Assembly: GCA_000708835.1 (NCBI GenBank)
Contig: DF236969.1
Coordinates: 62,001 to 126,000, forward strand
From: Klebsormidium nitens
Taxonomy: Eukaryota > Plantae > Klebsormidiophyceae
Reading direction: 5' to 3'
DNA length: 64,000 bases
Shown: one piece after another, positions 34,679 to 46,538 of the stretch
How the letters are laid out: every line of letters starts with the position of its first letter
Numbering within the stretch: position 1 is the stretch's first letter
Notes under the pieces: model-generated
Databases searched by the model: none
The model's input: only the letters and a program-made list of their open reading frames with translations
Told to the model about the DNA's origin: nothing
Program-made: the position numbers and the translations under genes

Positions 34679-37600
34679 TTAAGCGACAGGATTAATTGAA
34701 AGCACTACACCACCGTCCACTTTATCCCCCATATTTACTTCGACGCTCCCGGCGGGGCTCTGCGCCAAATTCTTCCGACGGTTCAAGCTCCTCAACAACT
34801 TGATTCGCCGCTTCTTGTTGAATAGGGACTTTAGATATGCTAGACATAGGGCCACAACAATGGTTCCCGCCAGCACAATCCATAGCCCGTACACCTACAG
34901 GAAAAAGAAGCACGTGTCAACAGTCAGACAGTCCTTTTTCACACGGCAAGCCTGGCTGTCCTTTGACCGCCTTCCTCATATGAGCGGTGGAAAGGCTGGC
35001 CAAGAACAATGTTTTCAACCGGAAACGAACCGTACGATCAATCAATCAGCGGCCAAAACTATCTCTAGAATCTCGACGATGACGCTCGGATGAGCTTTAG
35101 CATGTATAAGGGAGACTTGCATCCGGACGAAGGCCTTTCCTAAAACAGACAACCAGTACGGACTGCGCCAATTCGACCGCACCGCAGGGAATCTACAGCA
35201 AGGAGCAGCATCGGAGGAAAATCGCCCGTTACAAAGCATCGCATAAACCCTGGTCAAAGGAGAATCACTCACGAGCAATCACGAGAAGCACACGGAGCGC
35301 TCTTTGAGAATTCTCATAGCATGCGCTGCGTTACCTGACCAAAGGTGACCCCCTCATTCACGGGGGATGCTCCAGAACCGCAACTAGAGGGGGGGACGAG
35401 GAAGGCCGTCCTGAGCCGGTCCAAGGTCCCGCCTTGCTCCATGTCGAGCACGGCGCGGCTGAAGTTATCCGCCAGGGTGGCGGGGAAACTCGGATTGAAC
35501 GTCATCGCGTAGTTCAGGCTCCCGAAAGGAACGTCCACCTGGACGGTAATTCAAACCCTTTAGAAAATTGGTCCGGTGGCAAGGATTTCTCGACCATTGA
35601 ATTTGACAATATTAGTGCAGGCAAATGACATCCGGACGCAAGCTTTCCCCTCCAGATATAAACGGTCGGCTGTTGCTCGAAGCTGAGTCCTTCGCTTTGA
35701 CGTAACTCTGAATCTTCACCAGCGCTCAAATTTTCTTAAGGACCCGAGGAACAAGTGAACTGTGGTAGGACTGACCGGTTCCTAAATAGACGAACCGACA
35801 TCCGTCAGAGGATCTATTCGACCCAAACTTTTGTCAGACGCTCCCATCTATAAACGAAACAAACCCCAATCTCACAATCATCAAGGACTGACCTAGTAAG
35901 GTACCGCAACTTCGGTCAGCTTAACATAAGGTGAAGGAACACGATAAGGCAAGGCGAAAAGCTACACCTCGTGGAAAGTGCAATCGATTGCCGCCATGTA
36001 TTGTACAAATGCGGTGTCGAGTACGAGTGCGTCCACATGACCAAGCCGAAGCTCCTCCAGAAAGGCAGCCGAATCGTTATTGTTCCTCCTGCAGAAAAGA
36101 ACACTCGTTCTCTTCATGTTCGAGTTTGTTGAGACCTGCATCGTGCGACTTTCAAAAGTGGGCCTGCGTTCAACTAGTGAATAATCTTCTCCACGTTTGC
36201 GAATGCCCTACATATTGCGCTCGCGTAGCTCTTTCATTTTTTGCTTTTTAAATCATCGACAGCATTTTTCCCCTCGTCCCCACATGATAAAAAGTACTGT
36301 GTGGATAGATTGTTGAGCTGAGATGAATTCAGCTCGGACTCCGAGATATTGAATACTTGCAAACCGGAGAAACTTCAAGCTTGAAGCAAATCTATTCTGT
36401 GCAAGATTGTCCAGCAGCTCATGCTCGTAGCACTGCCCGGAACAACAAGATCGTGCTTGACTTGGAAAAAGCACGAGCGAATATGCAGAACAAATTGCGA
36501 CGATGTTTACAAACCAACTGCCGAGGCTTGCACTTTTAGCAGGATTCAATCAGATCTGCCAGCGGCTACTTCCCTGAAGTTTAGCAGATCCCAAAGTCCA
36601 TGTATTTTGACTCACGTTGGCGTTCAGGCAAAGCCACCTACCATGGATATGATACAGTGGGAAACACCCCCAGCCTCGCCAAGCTTGCAAACCCGCCGTT
36701 AGAGGCGCCGAAGTTGGCTCCCATCAGATCGCTCCGAGCTGCAGCAAAGCACGAGGGTTATAGGACTGGCGGCAGTACTTCGAACTCACAAAACGCTTTA
36801 GCTCGTTAACACACTCAGTGCCTTCGATCAAAACAGATCAGCTCACGTTGGCAATTCAACAAGACAAGCAAATCTGATATTCAGTCTAAGTTGAAGCCTT
36901 GCATGGAACTGGAAGTCGGTGAAATTCACTTACTTTGAATGCTTGAACTCCATCTGCGCGCCGTCAGGATCGCTGCCGCGTTGCCGGTGTACATAGTGAG
37001 CAGCAACAGGATCATGAAGCACCACACGAAGACGACCAGGCGGGACGCCAACGTGGCAGTGGAGATAGGGTCCACCGCATTCACGATTAGACCCATGCCT
37101 GCAGGAACGACAATGAGCGAGAGGTGACATACTGCAACCAAAAACATACTTCTCATCCAATGCGGTAGCGAAGAAAGCGTCACGCTTCCAACCAACCACA
37201 TCTTCAGCCGCGATGACCTTCTCGTAGCAGGCGGATGACGAGGCGAGTTCTGCTTTACGGAAAGCCCAATGGCAGGGAGTGGGGAAGCAGTTGGTTGCAA
37301 AGAGAAGGTGAGGTTTTCAATTCTTGGGAACCCACGTTTACACGCTACTCGGGAAAACTAAACCACAACCCCTTTAGGTCGATGCCGAGGCTGACGCAAA
37401 TCAGCCTGCATGCTTACCCTTCCACATTGAGTCGAACCAGCCATGTTCACCAAAGAAGGTGTTGGTCTCCAGGTGAATCTCTCGTGTCGTGTACTTTTTG
37501 GACATAACCTCCACAAGATGTATCGATACGCCGACCAGCACGGCTGCAAAAGAAGGTGAGCGAATTGGAAATGTTGGTTAACAATGACGCAGTGACTGGT

Positions 37601-39520
37601 CTGAGTGAGTCCCGCCTTTGCAGATGTCCAACATCCAACAGCAAGAAGGGGTTCGGGGCTTAGGTCAGGTGTGTTCATTTCGTTATCACCCATCACTCTG
37701 AACTTTTATCCTCAACAACCGACATTGAAAGTGATTAACAGTGATGCAACAACTCAGAACCACAGCCAGTGGCTCGCAACCCTTACAGAGCTTTTCTGAA
37801 CCTCTAAGGTCTTCCCGTTCAACTTCAAAACATTCTGAGGGGGGCAGCCTCCACTCACCGACCCTTTCGTCAATTGGGCCCTGACAAAAGAAGCTCGAAG
37901 CCCCCTCTTAAGCCCCCCTGAGATAGTGCCACTTTGAACTGGTGGAAGAAGACTGGGTCAAGAGGACCAGTGCTTGCTGAAAGCATCTATTAGTCACAAG
38001 GTCAAACAGAGCTAGTCTTGACGTAGCGAAAGCTGGATGGAAGTTGTCATACCTGCAACTAGAAGCATAACCCAAACCTCCCACCGGAAAGGCTGTAAGA
38101 AGAGCCAATGTCCGGATGTCTCCTCTTTGGCATACACAAGGATGGAGAAGGAGTCGTGCGCATCGGGGTACGCAAACTTCAACCCCTGATCCAGGGACGC
38201 CCCATCGTACTGCAGTTTGAAGACACACTTTGTTACACACTGCAGCCAGCAGCATACACATAAATGTATCCAGCGTCACAACAGTATGGCAAGAAATGGA
38301 GTTAGCAGTGCTCAGGGCGTGAAAACGGAGTCAATGTGTGCAAGTTCCTCAAATGCGTGCTGTGGGGTTGCAGCGCTAAGCAGTAATAAAGCAAGTCTCT
38401 ATCAACGATTGGCAGCCTGGGCGCGCAGAGGCATTCTGAAGCACCAGGTGGCAGACTGACAAATAAATGCGTAAACTCACGATCAGAGATGGGCAGAATC
38501 CTCGTTTGCTTACCGTAAAGTCAGCCGCTGTCATGTCACAAGTGCCATTAGGAGCAACCATGTCTGCGGTCATGTTAAGCCAATCCATGCACTGCCATGT
38601 ATAGTCCGATGTTTTCCATCCTAGATGCAGGGATGCCTGACGGAACACTTCAATCCCGTAGCCTGCGGTAAAAAAAAGAAGGGTGGTCTCACTATCTTTC
38701 AACATCAGGAGGAGATTCAGCTCACTGTTTAACAGCAACATGCCCCATTAACAATCCAGCCCTAACTTGAGTCCCTGAAATGACTTGCGCAAGTTTGTCC
38801 CGCTGGCCACCAGCAAGCAGGTGGTCAGAACACTCTCAGGCCCGCCCTTGGTCCAATTCATGAGGGTTGGAAACCTCGGGCTTTGTTTGTTTTGCCTGCT
38901 TCGATTGCTATTCCTTCTGCCTCAATTCAAATCTCAACACATTGTTGGAGTTTGCCGAGCTGCCGCTTTCAAGATACGCAGCCCTAATAGATAAAATCGA
39001 TAATATCACCAGGTGATATGCCCCATTGCACTGCTTCATATCTTATACTGCAAAGCAACATTCTGTGATGAAACCCCCTTGCTATCCAGCATGTACCTGG
39101 TTCAGATGCTATATTGAAATTCCAGAAACCTATCCCCATTTCCAGGAGAGGTGCCTTCCATGACTGGCCTAACTAGAAGCGTCTGGGTCATATGTAACTG
39201 CAGGTAGCAAACTACACAATATGCTCAGCTTCAAAAACCTGCGTCATGATGCGCAGTCCACCTCAACCAACTTGCGTCTCACCTGAGAAGTCGGTTGGAT
39301 CCGTAGAACCAATTGTGCACTGCACAAAAGGCTGCCAAGGTGACGTGCACACTGTCCATTTGTCATTGCTGGAAAGCCTCACGCCACCAGGCAACCTGGC
39401 CTCAACCTGAGCAATCTGGTGGTGGAGCAGAATTACCACCAACAAGAGACGAAAGAAGAATGTCTCCAGGACATGGTCCCGCATGCTTGCTTCTGGACAG
39501 GAAGGCTTCTCTGCCCCCAT
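34679..39520 (-). CDS. Ionotropic glutamate receptor-like channel lacking the amino-terminal domain, copy A
   Basis: Exons 39520-39283, 38662-38514, 38209-38053, 37543-37418, 37098-36934, 36738-36642, 36088-35968, 35538-35335 and 34894-34679, phases consistent. Signal-like helix, S1 (VCTSPWQPFVQC..GYGIEVF..CDMTAADFT), M1 (WLFLQPFRWEVWVMLL), M2 (WFDSMW), M3 (FVWCFMILLLLTMYTGNAAAILT), S2 (ALVLDTAFVQY..DC) and M4 (VYGLWIVLAG). Confidence 0.88.
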
Positions 39521-39929
39521 GTCCGATTGATTCTGTACGTTAAAGAGATCACTTCAGCTTTGAAGTGAAGTCTGACTGGGACTCAGCGAAGAAATGGACG
39601 GCCACAGCAAGCTGGAGCTCTTGAGCTGCAAGCTGGCTGCAAGCGAGCTGTGAATCATTCCTAGAGCCTAGGACCTACCGTAGCCTAGAGGCTTGAGTCA
39701 CCAATGCGTGCAATGCTGTGCAGGTGGGCCGCGCCAGCAGAGTCGCTCTATAGACTACCTATACAGTTTGAAACCGTCTGTTCCTGGATCAATCAGTCAG
39801 GTCATCAATATCGGCCCATGTGGGTCATATGCGTCACGCTTAACCTGCCAAGTGGCAGCTAGCAATGCCACCAACGTCAATATGACAGAAGCAGCCGGGC
39901 AAACGTGACGTTCCAGTAGATACACCCTT

Positions 39930-40166
39930 CTGCCAGAGCGGGGTCAAGGAGAATCGGTAATTTCAGGACCGGGGCCGGGGACGCTGTTGGAAAGGCTTAC
40001 GTGGCGAGGTTTAGGGTTTTGACCGTGGCCTTCCTATTCATGATTGGCCGAATGGAGCCTAGCCCAGGGTTTTGCCCCTAAACCTCGCCACGTCACCGCT
40101 TCCATTGAACAGCGTCTCCGGCCCCAGTCCTGAAATTACCGATTCTCCTTGACCCCGCTCTGCCAG
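39930..40166. promoter_or_regulatory. Near-perfect hairpin at the centre of the inverted duplication; candidate bidirectional promoter
   Basis: 55-bp arms 39934-39988 and 40108-40162 with 2 mismatches, plus a perfect 18-bp inner pair 39999-40016 and 40076-40093 containing ACGTGGC (ABRE-like) and TTTAGGG (telo-box-like). Regulatory function is inferred. Confidence 0.55.
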
Positions 40167-40439
40167 TTCTGGCTGGCACCATGGCTGCAGTGGCAGACTG
40201 GCTCCTGACTCTCGAGTCCGGCGTTGGCGTCATGGTGACCCACCGGGGCCACAGTTGACCACACGAGAAATCAATCACAGTGTCACTCTGCGCCTGCAGC
40301 TCCAGAGCGCTCTTCCTTGCCCCATCCCTTCATTCCTGTGGACAGCGTTCCAATCGTTCCGCCCCGTGCCGAAGCTGAGATCACCTTAAAGTCTGCACAG
40401 AACATGGGACATGAAGACGAGCTATCCTGAATAACAAAA

Positions 40440-43400
40440 ATGGAGCAACTCCATTCTAATGTCCGAAAGAGAACTGGCTCTCCAGCTTGCTTCTTACGTG
40501 TCTTGTGGTTGGTTGTTTTGCTCCACCACTGCTGCGTTCCTCAGGTTGAGGCCAGGTTGCTCAATGGCGTCCGGCTTTCCAGCCAGGACGCGTGGACGGT
40601 GTGCACGTCACCTTGGCAGCCGTTTGTGCAGTGCACCATCAATTCTACAGATCCCACCACCTTCTCAGGTGAGGCGCCCATTGGCTGAGAAGAGTGGGAA
40701 TCATTCTGGAAGTTTTTGGAAGATTGGCTGTTCTCAATGTGCTAGCTGCCGTTATTATTGTGGAGCATACGCTTTCTGTCCTGGTCCTGTGAAGCGCCTC
40801 CGCCTGTCGGAAGATGGAAAGGGTTTTAGCGTTTCAAAGTCAACTTTCACAAGGAATACTCCGCTCTTTTGGACCCGTGATTTGCTGCAGAAGGGGCACA
40901 TTGAGCACGGAGCTATTGTTAGCTTACACGGGGGGATGGATTTTAGTTGTAGTTTATAGCATAACAATGGGGCCTAGAAGACTCAGCAGAGTCTGTTGAG
41001 AGGATATGACAAGTTTTGGAAGGGTCACGAAGAGCATGTAGAATCGATCTTCTGAGCAGCTCTGCTATCCAGTTTGCGTCGTCCAAGTTATGAGGTGTTG
41101 TTTCTCAGACCGACTTCTGATCAAACGTATGAATGCATTTTGTCATCAATGTTGAAACAGTGTGAGGCCTGTCCTCCACTTCCATTGCAGGCTATGGGAT
41201 TGAGGTTTTCCGCCAAGCCTCCCTACAAATCGGGTGGAGAGCATCTGACTACACATGGCAGTGTATGGATTGGCTTAGCATGACTGCAGACATGGTCGCC
41301 CCTAATGGCACTTGTGACATGACAGCAGCCGACTTCACTGTAAGCAAACATGACACTCTTTCTTCTGCTTTCTCTGACGAAGAATTCGCGAGTCCACGTG
41401 TCTGCGACGTGGTGCTCTGGAGTGCCTCTTTACGTCGAGGCTGGCCCGTTAATACGGCCACTTAGTTGTCAATATGCTTTGTTGCAGCAAACTTACCGAA
41501 CGCGCTCAAGGACCCTGCACACATTGACTCCTCCTTTAAGTTCTGAAAAATACAGATTCCCCTACAGATCCTCGTTCTTTTTTCATCATCCTTGTTGTTG
41601 ATCCTGAAAAATGTTTCCATGTAATGGCTTTGCATGACAAATTGTGCGTATCAATTGCAGTACGATGGGGCGTCCTTGGATCAGGGGTTGAAGTTTGGCT
41701 ACCCCGACGCGCACGACTCGTTCTCCATCCTTGTGTACGCTGAAGAACAAGTATCCGGACATTGGCTCTTCTTACAGCCTTTCCAGTGGCAGGTTTGGGT
41801 TATGCTTCTAGTTGCAGGTAGGACAAACGTTGTCCAGCTTTTGTTGCGGAAGTCAGGTGGGCTAAGGGCCGCCGGGGAAAACGGAAGCTGCTCGGATGTC
41901 GAAGACCTTCCGTTGGCGGTGCTAGCTATATATGATTGACCATGTGACTGGGCACATGCTGTTGGCAAGCACCTGTTTTATTGGACCTGATTCTCCTTTG
42001 CCCCCTATCATGGAAGCACTGTGATTTATAAACAGAGAATCCGCTTTAAGCCTTCTGTCAAGATTTCACGAATCTTGGACGGGGAAGATAGTTTTGTAAG
42101 AAAGAGAGCAAGAAAGCTTTGTAAGAGGTTGCAAGCGCTGACTGTGGGTTTGAGTTGTCCTACTGCTCAGAATCCTCCTAGTAGTTATCCAATGACCTTT
42201 CTTGAGGTGATAGGTAACAAAGAAACGATCGCGCGCAAAAGTCACCGCCCTTATGATTCAAGCTGTTCGACATTTGCCAAAGGGGGCACCCACATCCTTC
42301 GCAGATGTTCAGGGCCTCTCAATGAAGTGCTGAGCTTATCCGAAGCAGCGGCGTCGACCCAATTGTGGCGAACTAACCAACATTTTTCTGGGCTTCCTAT
42401 CTGGTGCAGCCGTGCTGGTGGGTGTATCGATACATCTTGTGGAGGTAATGTCCAAAAAGCACACGTCGCGGCAAATTCACCTGGAGACCAACACGTTTTT
42501 CGGTGAACACGGCTGGTTCGATTCAATGTGGAAGGGTAAGCTTCGCATGGACCACTGCACCGATCAGCCTGGAGCTGTGCTCGTTCACTTTCTCAAGTAT
42601 TGCATAGACTCTACGTCTCCAGAGTCTCGCTCTCAGTTGCATCTGTTGCTTTTCCTCCTCTCATCTGTTGGGCGTTCCGTGAAGCAGAAGTCGCTATGGT
42701 CCTCGTCCTGTGTGGACAAGTGTATGCTTCCAGTTGGATATCGTAGGCCTGTGGCTAGTTGGAGTTGCGATGCCCTCTTATTCAATATGCAACGTCTCCT
42801 CGTCATCTATCGAGGACCTATATCTTTATTTCCTCCTATATCTCTGTCTTTACCCTGTCGCCTTGTTCCGTTTTTGCAGGCATGGGCCTGATCGTGAATG
42901 CGGTGGACCCCATCTCAACTGCCACGTGGGCGTCCCGCCTGGTCGTCTTCGTGTGGTGCTTCATGATCCTGTTGCTGCTCACTATGTACACGGGCAACGC
43001 GGCAGCGATCCTGACGGCGCGCAGATGGACTTCGAGCATCCAAAGTAAGCCTCAGGAATCAATCCACCGACTTTGTTTTCTGAGTGTCCTAAAAGTAAGC
43101 ATAAGGATTCAAACCACCGACTTATTTTTGACTACCCCTAAAAGTAAAGCATAGGGAGTCGGGCCACCGTCTTTCTTTCACGAGTATCTAAAGTAAGCGT
43201 GTGGCTGTAAATCACCGACTTTGACGAAAGGACGACTCAGGCAAAGCTAGAAGAACCTCCGATGCGTTGACTAGTCTGCTAAGATAGATAAGAGTTCGAT
43301 TCAGAGCAGCAAGCGGGTTGCGGATTAGTGTTTGCTTTCAGCATTCTTCAAGTCCGAAGCATTGCCAGCAATCGAGTCTCGTACTTTGTTGCAGCTCGGA

Positions 43401-45674
43401 GCGATCTAGTAGGAGCCAACTTTGGCGTTTCCAACGGCGGGTTTGCGGCTTTGGGCAGGCTGGGGGTGTTTCCTACCATATCGTATCCGTGGTAGGTGGC
43501 CCTGTTCAAACTTACCTACTTGCGAGTTTTCAAAGTGCTTGGATCGAAGCTCTTAGGTTTCCGCTCAAGTTTAGGTTTCAGATTCGATACGAACCGCAAG
43601 CCATCGTAAGACAATCCAGAGGTATCTGTGATCAGGTGAACTCAGCATCGTAGTTTGAAGCAATTGTTACTTAACTGAGTTAGGAGTTTGACCTAGTCTG
43701 CGGAACGCCTTATCACAATGAGCAACTCTGATGCATGTCCCTTTGATGGGGCTTCGCAAATCCGTAGATTGATAAATCGCATCTTATCTGTATGAGGAAC
43801 CACGTAACGAATGTCGTCGAATCCTTTAGGACACACCATGAAAGTTAGACAAGTTAACCGTTGGTCGCAACTGTTTGGTTCGATAAATATCGATCGGTTC
43901 GAAGCAGGCCTACCTCGAAAGCTACTCGAGAGGTAGTGGGGCCAGCAAATTTTGTGTTGAAGGTATCAACCGTCTTTTGCAGGAGGGACAACCAAGATTC
44001 GGATGCTTTTTTGGAGGAGCTCCGTCTTGGTCACGTGGAGGCACTCGTCCTCGATACTGCGTTCGTCCAATACATGGCGGCAATTGACTGCAACTTTCAC
44101 GAGGTGCGGCTATTCACCTCTCGTCCACCTTAGTTCAACCTTCGTTGGTTAGCTTGACCGACTTCGTGACAACCTAACGGTTCCGTCTCTTGATTTTTGC
44201 GAAAAAAGGACCGTCAATCTAGTTATGGTTGACGGTCATGATTATTGTAAATACGATGTAAAGAAGTTCTCTGATAAATGCAGACTTGTCTTCTATGGCT
44301 CGTCAAGTTGCCAGAATGCACGCAGTCACTAGCGCTTGGGTTCGAATTTGTTTCTTGAGTTGCCCTTTTTCAACTTATATATGAGGGCCCCAATGTGTTC
44401 TGGCTGGTTGCTCGAGTTTAAAATCTCATTTATGAACGTCTTTACCGCTTGGAGTCTCGATGGTTCGTACGTTGCACGGATTCTGCCAGCGGGTCCCATT
44501 TCAAAAGGTCGAACGAGTTTGTTGGTCGCTTGAGCTGTTCCACTTTCGTTGCTGTATATCAAAGAATACGCATATCTTGACACGTACGCCTACGCAAATC
44601 TTGACCGGTAAACGGGAGAGCATTGGGCTGCAGATTTGTTGGTCTTTTGAGCTTGGAGCTTTCTTCAGACAAACCATCTGATGGAAGGCGGTTATCTTGG
44701 CCAGGTGGACGTCCCTTTCGGGAGCCTGAACTACGCGATGACGTTCAATCCGAGTTTCCCCGCCACCCTGGCGGATAACTTCAGCCGAGCCGTGCTCGAC
44801 ATGGAGCAAGGCGGGACCCTGGACCGGCTCAGGACGGCCTTCCTCGTCCCCGCCTCTAGTTGCGGTTCTGGAGCATCTCGCGTGAATGAGGGGGTCACCT
44901 TTGGCCAGGTAACGCAGCGCATGCTCAAAGATCCTCAAAGTGCGCTCTAAGTGCTTCTCTTTCGATCGCTCATAAGTCTTTTGTTCTTGAACAGGGTCCT
45001 TATCAAGCCTTGTAATGGGCAATTCTTTGCTCTAACTTTCTTGCTTTGGCGGTTTTGTGTGAATTGGAATGAACGGCTTTTGTGGGAGGCCTTCGTCCGG
45101 AGCACAAGACTCCCCTTACATGTCCCCAGATCATTAAGTTGTCATTGTCGAGGTTTCAGAGCTAGTTCTGACCGTTGATAACCTGTTGTACGGTTGGTTT
45201 CTCCGGTTGCTTGCTGTTTGTCGGAATTTGGTTGGTTTATGGTTTCATCCTTGGCAAGCTTTTTTACTCACCGCTCATATGAGGAAAAAGGTCAAAGGAC
45301 AGTCAGGCTTGCCGTTTGAGAAGGATTAGTGACTGTAGACACGTGCTTCTTTTTGCCCGTAGGTGTACGGGCTGTGGATCGTGCTGGCGGGAACCATTGC
45401 GGTGGCTCTGTGTCTAGCATATTTAAAGTCCTTGTTTAACAAGAAGCGGCGAATCAAGATGCTGAGGGCCATGCCCGTCTCGAGGAGCTTGAACCGTCGT
45501 AGGAATCTGGCGGAGAGCCCCGCCGGCAGCGTTGAAATAAACATGGGGGATAAAGTGGACGGCGGTGTGGTGCTTTCGATTAATCCTGTCGCTGAAGGCG
45601 CGCCTGAAGAGTCCGTTAGGGAAATCGAGGGCAAGGAGGACCCTCCTAAAACTGTTGCAGTATCGAGTTTCTAG
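40440..45674 (+). CDS. Ionotropic glutamate receptor-like channel lacking the amino-terminal domain, copy B (519 aa)
   Basis: Exons 40440-40668, 41191-41339, 41661-41817, 42410-42535, 42880-43044, 43395-43491, 43983-44103, 44705-44908 and 45363-45674 total 1560 nt with consistent phases. Same S1-M1-M2-M3-S2-M4 motifs as copy A. Confidence 0.9.
43041..43225 (+). repeat. About 49-50 bp tandem repeat x4, each unit starting with a copy of the exon-5 donor
   Basis: aaa|gtaagc at 43045, 43095, 43144 (gtaaagc) and 43193, each followed by a caccg(a/t)ct motif. Confidence 0.8.
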
Positions 45675-46538
45675 TATCGAGTTTAAACATAGCCGGATTT
45701 CCGTGTAGAATACACATCAATCAAAGACTGAAAAGGTAGGGATCACGCACGCCATAAGATCAAGGATTTGTGTGAACACACACTTACACTGTTAAGGTAA
45801 TGCACGACATAGGCTTGATTAGATTAGCTAGAAAATGTGTTGAAATTGAATTTGAACAACAACGTTGATATACACTGAAGAACTGAACACTGACCGCACC
45901 GAGCACATGTTAGAGACCCAACCATCCAGGTGGTGTTTGCAAGTGCCAGTGACTCTTAGCATTTAGTATTTTATAGTTTGTTTATTTGAAGGCATGTGCT
46001 CGGAGCCTCGGACCAATCGCAAGCCTCTCTTGTAACAAGTGTTCAGGTTTGCAGTTCTCTTTCTGCGCGTACAAGAGATTTTCAAGATCCAATCAAGCTT
46101 GCTGCAACATCATCAATCCTGCACAACGTACGAGCACACGCATTCGTGCTTTGATTGGGTATAGAGCAACAATTAATCTGCAGAACGGCGTCGTCGGACT
46201 CGATGTCGAAGACAACCCGGACGGTCGATCGCGGCGTGTTCAATGAGGCTGGCAGTTGACAAATGAGGCCGGTCCAGATGCAGGCGCGGCAGCGCTCCGA
46301 CAACTGGCGTGCAGTTATTTTCAAAGTTCGAAGGTGCTTTGAGCATGCAACGTCGCAATCCCCGGTACGCAGGTTTTGAAGCCGTACGTACGGCATGCCA
46401 GCATGTCGATGCATGGCCGGAATATCGCGATCCAATGTCATCTGCATATATGCATAACATCCATATAGTCCTATCTGATTTCCTGCGCATATGCATGCTT
46501 AATTATATTCGTTAAGCACGTACGTACCGTAAGAATCG

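Larger units (their letters stand above)
34080..46170. repeat. Inverted segmental duplication, about 6-kb arms around a centre near 40045
   Basis: 34080-34660 is the reverse complement of about 45670-46170 with indels. All nine iGluR exons and parts of introns and 5' flanks are mirrored. Confidence 0.9.
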
